From NCBI GenBank assembly GCA_964016885.1, contig OZ024741.1, positions 347,882,001 to 347,946,000 on the forward strand: DNA of 64,000 bases. Reading direction: 5' to 3'. Positions 39,199-52,848 of this stretch are shown here, piece by piece. This DNA is from Eledone cirrhosa. Lineage: Eukaryota. Under the pieces are notes generated by a model. That model did no database searches. It was given only the letters and a program-made list of their open reading frames with translations, and had not been told where the DNA came from. Every line of letters begins with the position of its first letter. Positions within the stretch are counted from its first letter, which is position 1. A program made the position numbers and the translations under genes.

Positions 39199-39997
39199 TA
39201 TCACACACACACACATATATATATATATGAAATATCAGAATTAATTTTGTAATGATTTTCAACTCTTCCCTTGTGTGTTGATTCTGAACATCTATATACT
39301 AATAGTTTTTTTTTGCATTTTTGTTAAAATCTGCTGCAAGAGTAGGCGGAAGATCATCAGTGCTAACTGTACTTAAAGCTTCAGTAATCTGAATAGGTGG
39401 AAACGTTACTGATGCTATTCTGGGGAAATCCCCGAACCATAAAATTACATATGAATTCTAATCTAATTTATTCAATAAGTATTATCTAAATATTACAGTT
39501 CAGAAATAAACACCCATGTATGTAAAGATAACAAATTCATTTTCAATAAGTTCATGTTCTATTCCCCAATCTAATGTACTACAATATCTACGTATCATAA
39601 TAGTCACTAGGTCGGGTGTATCAAGTTATTGGCATTTCTCTATAACACTTCATTTCATTCTTTTCCATTCATAATAGTACTAAATCTCAAATGTTTACTG
39701 AATCAATTGCCCTTATCAGAAGCACATTTTTACAAATATTTAAGTTATCTGGAAGTTTGTAAATTCTTCTCCATTTATTTATACTTATTTAACTAATGGG
39801 TTTCAATATGATCTAGGTTTATGTATGTAAAGAATTTCATCAAACTTAATTTGGGGTTCAATTTTGAACATGGGATCATACTGCTTTACATTTCTTGCTG
39901 TTATAACAGTACTTACTTCTATAAATAATTTTCGGTAAGTCACAATTTTAGGTAAGTCTTTAATGAATCATAATGAACGATATGGATTCGTTGCTAT

Positions 39998-40205
39998 GAT
40001 TGGCAATATCTCTAGAGGGTCGGACGGCATGATTTGCAGCATAGAGGCACGGCCCTTTATGATCTGAGTTCAAATCCCGCCGAGGTTGACATACCTTTCA
40101 TCCTTACGGGTCGATAAAATAAAGTACCAGTCACGCACTGGAGTCGATTTAATCGACTTTCTCTTCCCCGAAATTGAGGGCCTTGTGCCTATATCAGAAA
40201 CCATT
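39998..40205 (+). mobile_element. tRNA-derived SINE with 10-bp TSD
   Basis: B-box GAGTTCAAATCC and GTCGATAAAATAAAGTACCAGT. TTGCTATGAT occurs at 39991-40000 and 40204-40213. Confidence 0.85.
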
Positions 40206-40744
40206 GCTATGATGTCCTGTAAAATGCTGGCTGATGGAATTAATAAGATAACGTCTTAGTTGTCAAATCAAGATTTTTGTCGAAAATGTAGAAACATAGG
40301 AATACCATCTGTACAAAGTCTAATTCATTTGCATGATGATAGAATTTGCGTCGTATATTTATATTTACAGATCGCATACTTTTATTTTTAAATTAGGAAA
40401 AGAATATATTATCTTGTTGTCTCTCCATTAAAGAATGTCACACTCTCTCGATCTCGAGATAGATAGATAGAGAAAGAGAGAGATTGTTTGAGAGAGAGAG
40501 GGGGGCATATAGAGAGTGTGTGTGAATCTCAAAGATGAAAGATTAAGGAAAGTTGGAACATCACTATTTTGTATTCTCGATCTCTACTGAGAAAATATGT
40601 GACGTAGTATAAGACACAAATAGAGAACAATTATTTTTACGTTATGAAAAAATGATTTTGCGTTGATAATGAGGCTACCTCTATGTTTTCGATATGAACG
40701 TAAAGAATATTATTTCATATAAACTCGTCTTACATATATATATA

Positions 40745-41085
40745 TTTCGACGGCTAATTCTGGCTCAGCCGTCGGGGTCCTACTCGTTCCTATTACCCAC
40801 TCTACTACCCACTCTATTACCCACTCTACTAGTATTGAGTACTTAGGTGCGTTATGGTCCATCTGGTTCCGTACCACATTTCCTTCGTTATATATATATA
40901 CATATACATCCATATATATACATATATGAAAACATTCAGACCCAGACAGGTTCTGACACCTACATCCGAACTAAGGCACCAGTATTCGAACGGCTGGAAT
41001 CTAGTACCCACTCTACTACCTCAAGTATCGAAGTATCGAGTATTCTGGTGGGTCATGATCTACCTAGTTTTACAAAAGCCTATAT
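40745..41085 (+). mobile_element. two half-hammerhead-family fragments
   Basis: ctcagccgTCggggtcc..tacccactctactacc..ggtgcgttatggtccatctggttcc at 40745-40890, and a more diverged copy at ~40930-41085. Confidence 0.7.
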
Positions 41086-41942
41086 GTTATATATATATAT
41101 ATATATATATATAAGGATCGGAATTAGAATATTCCGCAGTTCACAGTGATAATAATATTAGCTCAAAGAAGAATAGAGAATTTTCATCTGAGCTCAAATA
41201 CAAATATATTACACAGAGAGATGTGTGTATATACTCTAAAAGTATATCAAAACTGCTTCAACAAACGTTTTCAGACAAAAAATCTTGCAAACCATATATA
41301 GTAGTATATATATATATATATACATATACTACGTTTCAAAATTTGCTTTACGAGATTTCTTGTCTGAAAACATGTTTTGAAACAGTTTTGATGTACTTTG
41401 GGAGAGTCATGCTACCAATAAAAAAACAACGCACACAAGGAGTTTCACTTCAATGTATTATGAATTTCTGGTTGGTTCGATATCCAGATGATTGTTTATA
41501 TATTGTCAAAGCTCTTTCGTAACCTATTACTACCACTACAGTCGATGTCAACACCAAGAACACATAACGCGCTTGTGCTATTCTCGCAACCATTGCTGTA
41601 ATTATAGTGTATACCACCAAAGAGAGAAAGCGATCCACACAAATATGAACTCTTCTATATATATGTGTATGTAAACCATGTTTCTTTATGACATATTTTT
41701 TATTAATATACAACTTAAATCCATTCTAAATGTTATTATACACTCCCGTAGTATGAAGATGCCCACGGGGCTGAAACCATTAGGATACATTTCTTCTTTA
41801 TAAATAATTGTTTTACTGTTGTTCTAGGAGAAAATCCCATTAACATTTTCTAATGTTTTCTTTTTCTTTTTTACTATTATATATATATATATATATAATA
41901 TGATATTAAATAAATGGAAACTATATTTATAAAACCATATTT

Positions 41943-42007
41943 ATTTCGTTATATATATTTCAGGGATATCATATTAACAATATGTTATGCCTTCTTCAGA
42001 CAAAATA
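41943..42007 (-). ncRNA. minimal type I hammerhead in a short TA-flanked fragment
   Basis: attttgt-CTGAAGA-aggcataacatat-tgtta-atatgatatccct-GAAA-tatata-TA-acgaaat. Confidence 0.75.
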
Positions 42008-42086
42008 CAATATAAACAGTCTTATAAATAAATAGATATGACATACCTTTCAATCACCTTGCATTTGGGAGGTTGATTTGGCAGTC

Positions 42087-42131
<45 letters not shown>

Positions 42132-42796
42132 GTATATCAAGTGATGGCCCGTGTCATGTCACAGTGGATAGGGAGTGTTGTTGGTCGAGTACATCTGACA
42201 ATTTCTACCAGCCGGAACTGTTGCGTTAACCAGTTATTAGTGCCCCTATAGGATGGATTCGTGTACACATAATTTCTTAACGCCAATAAAACGGGATAGG
42301 CCTCTGAATAAGTAGACCCCGTTTAGATTATCTCTATATATATAAACCATTTTTCTCATGAAATAACGTATGCCATTATTTGAGTGTTTCATATTCTGTT
42401 CAATTATCAATTTGAATAAGAACCAATGTCTTCTCTTGAACGGCCAAGACTGGCTTACCTCTTTGCTGTGATGTCGAGGTTACTATTACATCAGCCGATG
42501 TTCATCGGTGTAGTGTGGTAGAGAGCTTGTCGGAAGTCTCCATCCAGGGAGGTTAATCCCAACTAATGACGTGACTCTAGCCACTTAGATAATGTTTACA
42601 AACAGTATCTATCCTTTGCGCACGGCAATTCCTTTCGGAGTGCCACAAGCATATAACTTTTCTCAATAATTAACGTATAAATATGATGTGCACTCTAAAT
42701 TTCTTGGGTTTTAGTCTAAATACAGATTTATTGAAATTATTGAATGAGTAAGAAATCGACAGAAGCTGTGTCGGTTCTAATCGATAGCATCGTTTC

Positions 42797-42851
<55 letters not shown>

Positions 42852-43011
42852 TGATTTATCCTTCTCAAAACGTGTTCTGTTGTATGATTGTCCAAAGGGT
42901 TATATTAGCGGGTAATCCCAATATACATATATATATATGTATATATATATATATACGTATATACATACATATATATATAAATGTATATATATATATATAT
43001 ATATGTATATA

Positions 43012-44022
43012 TAATATATAGTAAGAAATACAGTAAACCGTGTGTCTAAAATTACAAGGGTTGAAAAACCACATTTGTTTGAAATATTTAACCAAGAAGC
43101 AGACAGAATGATAAAATAAAAATATATTATTATACAAACCGCCTCAATAACCAGTATATCTCTCGGACAGATTATCCCTAATCCCTCGGACAGATTATCC
43201 CTGATTGTGTTTGTAACAGATAATCCCGGGCATCATCAGCGAGAGAATCTGATTAAATGCAACAAACACTATTTGCCAACGTTCACACAGAAAGATGAAT
43301 TTGTCACCTCGTGCGCCGCTAGTCAAACGTGGTAAGCGCGTATTGAATAGAAATAACAGTCCAACATACACAACTTAATAAGCTCAACTTGTGTTTACAA
43401 CTGTGTTTCTTACTCTATATTATTAATCGGCTCAGTATTTTTATACTTGGAGCTTAATAGTTACAGGGTTCCAATTGGAGTTTTAACTCTAATTTTCATA
43501 TATATTTCTGCTCCCTCACAAGTTGAGCTTATTAAGTTGTGTGTGTTGGACTGTTATTTCTATTCAATACGCGCTTACCACGTTTGACTAGCGGCGCACG
43601 AGGTGACAAATTCATCTTTCTGTGTGAACGTTGGCAAATAGTGTTTGTTGTATTTAATCAGATTCTCTCGCTGATGATGCCCAGGATTATCTGTTACAAA
43701 CACACTCAGGGCGAAACAGATTAGGGATAATCTGTCCGAAAGATATGAGGGTTATTGAGGCGGTTTGTATAATAATATATTTTTAAAAATACGTATTTAA
43801 GAAAGCCACAACAATGCAAAGGGAAATCTCGAGGTAGGAAGTGAAATATTCTGTCTGCTTCTTGGTTAAATATTTCAAACAAATGTGGTTTTTCAACCCT
43901 TGTAATTTTAGACACACGGTTTACTGTGTTTCTTACTATATATTATTAATCGGGTCAGTATTTTTATACTAGGAGCTTAATAGTTACAGGGTTCCAATTG
44001 GAGTGTTAACTCTAATTTTCAT
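43012..44022. mobile_element. non-autonomous PLE-like element: inverted partial copy, tail copy and full unit
   Basis: 43015-43392 is the reverse complement of ~43518-43945 with internal indels. 43400-43503 directly repeats ~43923-44022. The element is nested inside an outer IR at 42858-42925 / 44598-44665. Confidence 0.85.
43664..43744 (+). ncRNA. type I hammerhead with stable stem III
   Basis: tctctcg-CTGATGA-t-gccc...gggc-GAAA-cagatta-ggga-taatctg-TC-cgaaaga. The inverted copy has the perfectly pairing cgagaga. Confidence 0.8.
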
Positions 44023-44042
44023 ATATATATATATGTATATAG

Positions 44043-44428
44043 ATGCAGAGGTTATATTTAATTTGTTGGGATTCAACAAGCATAAACATTGTATAACTGA
44101 TATAAAGCGCTTTCATCAGATAAAATACAGATTTGTTTTATAAATAAATATTGACATACCCGGAAAAAAGACAACCTTAACGGTTGAAGTCCCCGGGTAA
44201 GTCAATATTTATTTATAAAACAAATCCGTATTTTATCTGATGAAAGCGCACCATAATGTGCCTTGGTTGTCCTTGAAATATATACAATAAAATAATTATG
44301 GTTTTATAACTATAGTTTCCATTTATTAATATATTGAATATTTACTCCACTATCTGCTGAGTGCTTTATATCAGTTATACATTGTTTAAGCTTGTTGAAT
44401 CCCAACAAATTAAATATAACCTCTGCAT
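44043..44428. mobile_element. two-tier fold-back mini-element with hammerhead 44229-44294(+)
   Basis: Outer arms 44043-44108 / 44362-44428 and inner arms 44106-44164 / 44192-44249. The HHR reads tattttat-CTGATGA-aag...ctt-GAAA-tatata-CA-ataaaata, with U16.1 changed to C. Confidence 0.85.
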
Positions 44429-44444
44429 ATATATACATATATAT

Positions 44445-44548
<104 letters not shown>

Positions 44549-44553
44549 ATACG

Positions 44554-44600
<47 letters not shown>

Positions 44601-45735
44601 TGGGATTACCCGCTAATATAACCCTTTGGACAGTCAAACAACAGAACACGTTTTGAGGAGGATACTAGACTATCAGCGTTGAAACGGTTAAATAAAATGA
44701 TACATTGTTGCTAATGATTGGCGTGAATGATAGACTTCACACTATCTAGGAGGGATAATTAAAGAAAACCATAATTTTCGAAGTCGATAGTGTTATCATA
44801 ACACATAATTTCATACGAAAACATTAACTAATATATCCTTCGTAACGATGCATAATAAAAAAAAAAATGTATAATCAGAATGACATGAACTTTTTTTTAT
44901 TTTTCATGATAATAATAAAATTAGTAAAACAATTTTTACACAAAGGGTTACAGGGAAACTACATTTAAATAATCATTTCTTTAATGACAATGAAAACTGC
45001 TCCAAATTATTATAAAAAAAATGACAATAACTAGATCTCACAAGTAAAAGATTGGAACAGAAAAGATAAAAAATATTAATTGAGATTTGAATTAAATGTA
45101 ATTATTGTTATTACTACAAATTCTATTGCTAATATAAATATTAATAATAATTATCGTAATTATCATTGAAAATTGAATAATCTTTATTCAATGTCAAATA
45201 AAGAGAAAAAAACATTCGCGCATTTATACAAAATATTGTATATGACAACTATGGAATGCCAAGAAGAAAAACATAACACAACAAAAAAAATAACCATAGA
45301 TGTTTTTTTATAGAGAAGTCGGATTAGGACGTCATAACTGAGAGAAAATATAACCTCCAAAATATGAATAATTTTAGTGAACAAGCATTCTTTATTTATT
45401 TAGATACTACATTGTGACTCCATTAAATAGGAAGTTGATGAATTTTGAAAGCCAAGTTATTTATTTATATAAACCCAGATGGAATTGTAACTAATCTACA
45501 CCACAAACAATAAAGAATTAAATAAACTAATTTAATGAAAAACAAAACAAAATCTAAGAATAAAATACTATCGAGAATAGATTTCAGGGTTCTAACAAAA
45601 TGTCCAAATATATTAATCATGAGTATGAGAAAAACAGCGCCGATCGTTTCACGAAAATTTACTAGAAATAAATTCCAACAACACACATAGACTCCTGCAC
45701 ACACACACAAACAAACAAACACACACACACACACA

Positions 45736-45850
<115 letters not shown>

Positions 45851-45867
45851 TTATACACACACACAGC

Positions 45868-46160
45868 TATCCTCAGGGAAGTGACATAATGCAGACAGCC
45901 AGACATACAGACATCCAGACAGATATTATAAGGGCGCGACGTTATATGTATGCATCTATCTAAAAAGAGAAACACTGAGAATTATAGAGAAAATCGCTAA
46001 ATCACCTAATGCGTCCCTAGGGCAAACTCCGTGAATACTCCCTGAAACATACGTATTACATGTGTAAAGTTTGAAAACAGTCGGTTGGCTTCTTCTCGAG
46101 TTTTAGGGATTCAAACTCACACACACACACAGAGACATCCTCAGTTTTATATATATAGAT
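45868..46160 (-). mobile_element. non-autonomous Helitron, 5' part
   Basis: The minus strand starts A|TCTATATATATAAAACTGAGG. Homologous to 59941-60241. Confidence 0.7.
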
Positions 46161-46874
46161 AGTTGTTATATATATTTCGGTGATTACCTTTATTACAACA
46201 GTTATGACCTCGTGTTCAATCAGGCGTAACAACATTAAGTAAGGTACTCAATACATTATTATAGTGTAAATATCATTTTTATGGGACTAGAAATCTTTCA
46301 TTTGAATAAAGATTATAGAAATCACTTGCCTGGCGAGCATTGCGAATTCTATATAAACTCTACAGGCATGGAAGTACCATAAGCCGAATCAGTTGGAGAT
46401 GTGCGCTGGGCATCGGAACCGTCCTGTACGGACTGATGGGCATTTCTTTTACATTCCTGACTCTAGGGTTTATATTACCTAGTGGCCATGGTGAAAGGAA
46501 TTGAGAGACAACCAACTTCCTCATCTGCGAAGCCTTGTTTTTAATTTTCAGGTTTCCTTTGAGGATGAAAGTCAGGGTGATGTAGGGAGTACCATCTTCC
46601 AATCAGCCTTGTTGAAAGATATGCGTGCTGTGAGTATGCACCTGTAGATTGATGTAAGGCACCAGAGTAACCCAATCAACCTCGAAAGTTTCCCTCCTAA
46701 TTGTGATTTCTTTTTTTTTTTCTTTTATAATTTTCATTGTTTTCGTTATTTTTCATAAACGTTAAAAACAACACTATATCGAATTGCGTTCTCTCCTGCT
46801 GTTATTAATGTATCCTTAATGGGATAATAATAAAGAGATCATTTTTTTAATTATTTTTATCATTATTATCTTAA

Positions 46875-47053
46875 TATCGGTAGAGGGTCGGACGCCATGC
46901 TTTGCAGCATAGAGTTACGGCCATTTACGATCTAAGTTCAAATCCCGCCGAGGTTAACTTTGCCTTTCATCCTTACGGGGTCGATAAAATAAAGTACCAG
47001 TAATACACTGGGATAATTGCTGGCCTTGTGCCAAAAGTAGAAACAATTATTAT
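46875..47053 (+). mobile_element. 5'-truncated tRNA-derived SINE with 13-bp TSD
   Basis: ATTATTATCTTAA at 46862-46874 and 47046-47058, and B-box AAGTTCAAATCC. Confidence 0.85.
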
Positions 47054-47856
47054 CTTAACCAGACTACACGTTGAGGTTGACAAAGCAAAATTTAACAAGC
47101 CACTACACGAAATGTAGAGAAGAATGCGAAATAGAAGTAGTTTGCAATAGTTAATGCATAGCCAATAACGGCATACGCAAATGAGCAAGCCATCTATAAA
47201 TTCATAAGTAATAAACATGAATAAATAAATATATAAATACATAAAATGTAAATAAATAAATGAAAGATGAATAAACGCAAACGTTTTACTTTAGCGTCTT
47301 AATAATTAAATAGATTGCTTTTAGCAACTGCATGTATTCGCCAAATTATTTATATGTCTGAAGGAAGATTCGACAAGAATTTGATGTTTTATTAATTTTC
47401 TTTTTCTAATTTTTAACTACTTTCCCGCAAACGATAACTTGGTTTCAATATTACTCCTCCCATTCCTCGTTCTTTTTACTTTATTCCCACCTTTCCGAAT
47501 CCACTAGAAGTACACTCTTAAAATGTAGTTTGATTTTAAATTACTTGTTTCATCAAGTTATTCACTACGTTTCGTTTGCTTGTCTTTTAATCTATGTTGC
47601 AAATATGTTGAAATTATTTATTTCAGCCACTCCTACATTTATGTCACTTCTCTACTCAAAGTAGAACTTCGAAATAGCTTGGCATTTTATGTGTCCATCA
47701 AACACCATTGAGCTGGAATGAATTAGGTCTATTGAGAAATATTTATTGAACAAGTGCATTTCGATGCCATAAAGAAGAAAGGTTATTAACTCTGCGAACA
47801 CACATGCTCATGCGTGTATATATATATATGTATATGTGTATATGTATATATATATA

Positions 47857-49154
47857 TATTGGTAAACGGAATAGAAAATGCTGACAAATTGTTCACAGTG
47901 AAAAATAGTTTAATTAGGAATAAGTGATAATTAGTAATAGTATTGGTTAGTATTAAGTTTTGGTTTTAAGTTTTACCGCTTGCGCAGTTCTAATGCTTTT
48001 CAAAAATAATTTTGAAAGTAAATCAACCGAAACTAAAATCTCTTCCAAACATCTCCGCACACAACCCTCTCAACAATGAGCCTCCAGAACATCCCTGTGT
48101 TGAAAAAGGACCATAGAATGAACCAAATCCTACGAACACACGATATCATAAAGAGCAAAAGACAATCTAAGTCAATGAAAAACATCTTAACACATGCCAA
48201 AGTACTGCCAACCACAACAACGAAACCCACAGTAAGAAAATGCGATAGACCCAACTGTGGCATCTGCATCAACCTAATAGAGGGTTCGGAATTCTATTTC
48301 AAAGAAGGACAACGTTTTATAGTAAAACACAATTTCACATGCGCATCGGAAAATCTAATATATGTATTAACTTGCTCAGGTTGTCGAGAACAATACATAG
48401 GCCAGACCGAAAACAGCCTCCGCCAACGCATGACTGTCCATAGATCCCAAATTAAAATACGGGAATACAGGAAAATACCACTGAGTGAACACATTGATAC
48501 CTGTGCAACCCAAAATCATCCCAACTACAGAATATTTCCCCTCTACAAATGTAAAGATAAGGCCACCCACACCCAGCGCATCAGCAAGGAATCTTACTTT
48601 ATTAACAAATACGGACCCCGTCTAAACACTTCTCCCTAATACGAACCGACATCATACACACGTCAACATACATACCTACATCAGCATACATATCTAACCA
48701 CATATAAACAGAATGACATACGTAAACACACATCTTGTATGGTGCAACACAAATATACACACATTTGCATACCTTTTGATGTCTATAGATATAAACATGC
48801 CGACACACACACATACATAAACGCACACATGCATTGCACACTGATGGGCACATACATATTTGTGCACAGGTATTCCAATACGGCAAGGCCTAATGAATCT
48901 GGACACACTCACACATACCTTGGTATTATCATTTCACACCTTTATATTAAGGTTTTTTATATATATCATTTCACACCTTTTATTATTAAGGTTTTTGATG
49001 TTCTATTGAGAGAATCGATTTTACTGAAAATATCGAATAATGTACACCATTTTAACAGAAATATATACTAATCCACCCACACACACACATTCTCACACAC
49101 ACACACACACATATATATATACACACACATACACACGCGCATTAACATACAAAG

Positions 49155-49185
<31 letters not shown>

Positions 49186-49978
49186 CACTTCTCCGTATAA
49201 GACAAGAGCTGAAAAAATATCTTTTAACATGTTAAAATATCCCCCACACACTTACAGACACACTAACATACAAAGAGACACACACACACACACACACACA
49301 CAACCCCCCCCCCCCACACACACACACTTCTCCGTATAAGACAAGAGCTGAAAAAATATATTTTAACATGTTAAAATATCCCCCATACACTTACAGACAC
49401 ATTCCTACTGACTATCCCTCTACCAGGAATTACTCTGCTATACACCCCCCCACACACACACTTGTCTTAATAGGCATTTGAACTGACAACAGGCTGCGGT
49501 TTGCACACACATCCCCGCTGACCATTATCACAACAACTAACCACTTTACTACTACTACTACACACACACACACATATTTGTGGTGAAATACTTATTTCTC
49601 AGTCAGCCGACACAAACCTACATTTGGCGCAAAATCAATTTTTTACATTCACATGACCTCTACCGACCAATCAAAATTGCTTTGACCACAAGAATTTTTG
49701 AAACACGAATTGGCGCAAAACTTATTTTAATACCGCTGGAGCCCCTTTTTTAACATAAAAACAGGTAGAATTCCCAAAACTAATCAGATCAGAGCATACT
49801 TCACGGACGCTCTATCTCAAAATTATTTTTGAAAAGCATTAGAAATGCGCAACCGGTAAAACTTAAAACCAAAACTTAATACTAACCAATACTATTACTA
49901 ATTATCACTTATTCCTAATTAAACTATTTTTCACTGTGAACAATTTGTCAGCATTTTCTATTCCGTTTACCAATATAT
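47857..49978 (+). mobile_element. 5'-truncated Penelope-like element C with inverted pLTR
   Basis: A GIY-YIG ORF remnant is followed by a CA-rich 3' UTR. 47857-48013 is the reverse complement of 49818-49978. Both arms carry the hammerhead-like motif TTGAAAA-gcat..(a/c)tgc-GCAA-(c/g)cgg-TA. Confidence 0.9.
48076..48639 (+). pseudogene. GIY-YIG endonuclease domain of a Penelope-like ORF (open but 5'-truncated)
   Basis: A CDRPNCGIC cysteine linker, then FTCASENLIYVLTCSGCREQYIGQT..LRQRMTVHRS..KESYFINKYGPRLN. Confidence 0.9.
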
Positions 49979-50008
49979 CATAACTTGTGTGCTACACCTC
50001 TATTCTTT

Positions 50009-50128
<120 letters not shown>

Positions 50129-50131
50129 CTA

Positions 50132-51015
50132 CCAGCAGTACGCAGCGTTGCCTGGGTAGGTATAATAATATATACTTTGATGAAAAGGTGTTGATCTTAG
50201 CGATTGCGAGTTTCTTGAAAATCGCTCGTAATTTGTAGCAAATGGCGAAATGTTGAGTGCAATCGTAAGAGTTAAACGGCTGCCACGCCGTCCCTGAACA
50301 TGAAATGCAAAGTGTAAAGCTACTATAAGATGTGCAATGTTAGGTTCTATCGTAGTATAAAAGTTGAACCAAATAAATTCATTTATGTGTGAGGTGGAGC
50401 CGAAGTTTCGAATTTGAACGAAATCGGTTGAAAAATGTGGGAGGTAGAGCCGAAAAGGCGGAAGTTTGAGCAAAAATGTGGTATTTTCAAATATTTAAGC
50501 GGCTGCCACGCCGTTCCTGAACAAAATATCCAAAATATAAAGCCACTTTCAGACGTGAGATAATCAGATCTAGCGTAGTTTAAAATCTGAACAAAGTAGG
50601 TTGATTAATGTGGGAGCTAGAGCCGAAAAAGTGGAAATTTGAGTCTAAAAGTGGTATTTTTGAATATGTAAGCGGCTCCCACGCTGTACTTGAAGAGAAA
50701 ATGCGAAATATAAAGCGATTACAGGATGTGGAAGGATAAATTCTATTTTGCTTTAAAATTTGAACGAAATCGGTGGCAATATATGCGAACTAGAGCCACA
50801 TTTATCGATACCTAAAAAAGGGTGAGCCCTGCCTTATTGATTTTTATCTGCAGAATGGTCGCGGAATAACAAAACGATAGGTTGAGGTATAGAAAACACT
50901 CCCCGATGACGAATCTATGAGCCTATAAAATTTCATGAAAATTGGTCGTAAGATGTAGGCCCCTATAGGTAATACACAGACAAACAGACACACTTAATTT
51001 TATATATATATATAT
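50132..51015 (-). mobile_element. non-autonomous Helitron with internal ~200-bp degenerate tandem units
   Basis: The minus-strand 3' end reads cccaggcaacgctgcg-tactg-CTGG|T (hairpin plus CTRR). Three units recur (cggctgccacgcc at ~50277, 50500, 50673). The other end is cagacaaacagac..tttatatatata. Confidence 0.65.
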
Positions 51016-51060
51016 ATTTATATTACATATATACATACATATAAATACACACACAACACG

Positions 51061-51151
<91 letters not shown>

Positions 51152-51211
51152 ATAATATATTTATATATATATAATATTTATATATTATAGTTATATCTAT
51201 ATCTATCTATC

Positions 51212-51242
<31 letters not shown>

Positions 51243-51294
51243 CTCTCTCTTTCTATATATATATAAATTAGAATTGGTTCTCTGAAATAGCGAT

Positions 51295-51485
51295 ATATAT
51301 ATGAATGTATATATAGTGTATTTTGCAATACACTGTATGCTTAATTAAAAGCTCATCTCACCTTGTTTGCTGAAAATAGAAGTGACATAGTTACTACTTT
51401 AAAACAGTAGCACAAGGTCTTCAAAATGCTTTTAATTAAGCATACAGTGTATTGCAAAATTCACTATATATACATTCATATATAT
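51295..51485. mobile_element. small fold-back element with decayed hammerhead-like spacer
   Basis: Arms atgaatgtatatatagtg..gcttaattaaaagc / gcttttaattaagc..cactatatatacattcat. The spacer reads ccttgtttg-CTGAAAA-..-AAAA-cag-TA-gcacaagg. Confidence 0.7.
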
Positions 51486-52662
51486 ATATGTGTGTGTGTG
51501 TGGCTTCAATCTGGTGAGAGCTGATATATATGATCATACATTTCGGATTACATTTCAGGTAGTACGAATATGATTTCGTGGATGTGTGTCTGCTATTCTA
51601 CGTATTCGAATATGAATCTCATTGGCGAGTTTAAAATCTCATGATTCCGATTCATTTCGTGACTGTCTTTGGCAAAGAGAAGCTAAACCTTGAAATCTGC
51701 CAGATTTTCACCCTCAAATATGGATCTTTCGTGACAGCATCTATTACGCTGTTTCGTGACAAAAAATCCAACGAAAAATTTCTCAAGTATTTAGATTTTC
51801 CTCGTAAATGTTATAAGGGTTAGATAATAGAAACAATTGACAATAACGTGCTGCAATATCATCAACGTAACCAGATGTATTTTCTGATATGGGTTCTACA
51901 ACAGCAGTCATTTATCAATTACATCTACATCAACAATGAAATTTCGATATATTTATAACATTTTTCACCGGTATTCGATATATATCAAACCTGATGGGTT
52001 TTAGCAAAATGATTAAAATGAATGTTAAAATGAACTTGCAATCACTGTCTCTCCTTCTCTCTCTATTTCTCTCCCTCTCTTCCCCCCCCCCTCTCTCTCT
52101 CTTATATATATATATATATATATGATTTAAGCGACGATAACATATTCATCTTAACAAAGTTTGTGGCAGCCTATAATAACCAATCGGATCTTTAACAATT
52201 CAACTGCACTTGGGCGTGCGTCTACGTGCGAGAACACATATCTAAGAATTTTCCTCCCAATACCAGAGTCAGGATCGAACATTAATCAATAGTTCAAGCT
52301 GATCGGCAGTGAAACATTGGTAGTATGTAATTAAATATGTACATGATGCAATACTGATTCTTTGTTCCCTTATATTATTATATAAATATATATATGGACC
52401 CACCCTCGTAAACACGTATATCTGAAGTATGTCGATTATGAGTTGGTATACAATCGCCGGATCAAACCCACGCTGATCGTTATCGAAAGAGTTGAAACAT
52501 GCAATAAAGTTTCATAAAAAGCTGCATATCTGACTTCCTATTGTCACTCATCCTCTCCTTTCTCTCTCCCTCTCTCGTTGCCCTTCAATGTCGTACACTG
52601 TAGAATCCAATTAAATGTTGAAAAAGAAAGAAGAATTGATAATAATATGTAATCAAATAATA

Positions 52663-52848
52663 TTTGTTTCTACTTTTGGCACAAGGCCAGCAATTACCCA
52701 GTGAATTACTGGTACTTTATTTTATCGACCCCGTAAGGAAGAAAGGCAAAGTTAACCTCGGCGGGATTTGAACTCAGATCATAAAGGGACGTAATTCTAT
52801 ACTTCAAATCAGGGTGTCTCACTCTCTACCGATACTGCCAATGCACCT
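52663..52848 (-). mobile_element. tRNA-derived SINE with 15-bp TSD
   Basis: TGTAATCAAATAATA at 52648-52662 and 52849-52863, with A and B boxes on the minus strand. Confidence 0.9.

Noticed and set aside
41225-41410. Diverged inverted repeat with CTGAAAA...GAAA as another ribozyme element
   Set aside because: The IR is real but old, and stems I-III cannot be built convincingly, so it is not called as a ribozyme.
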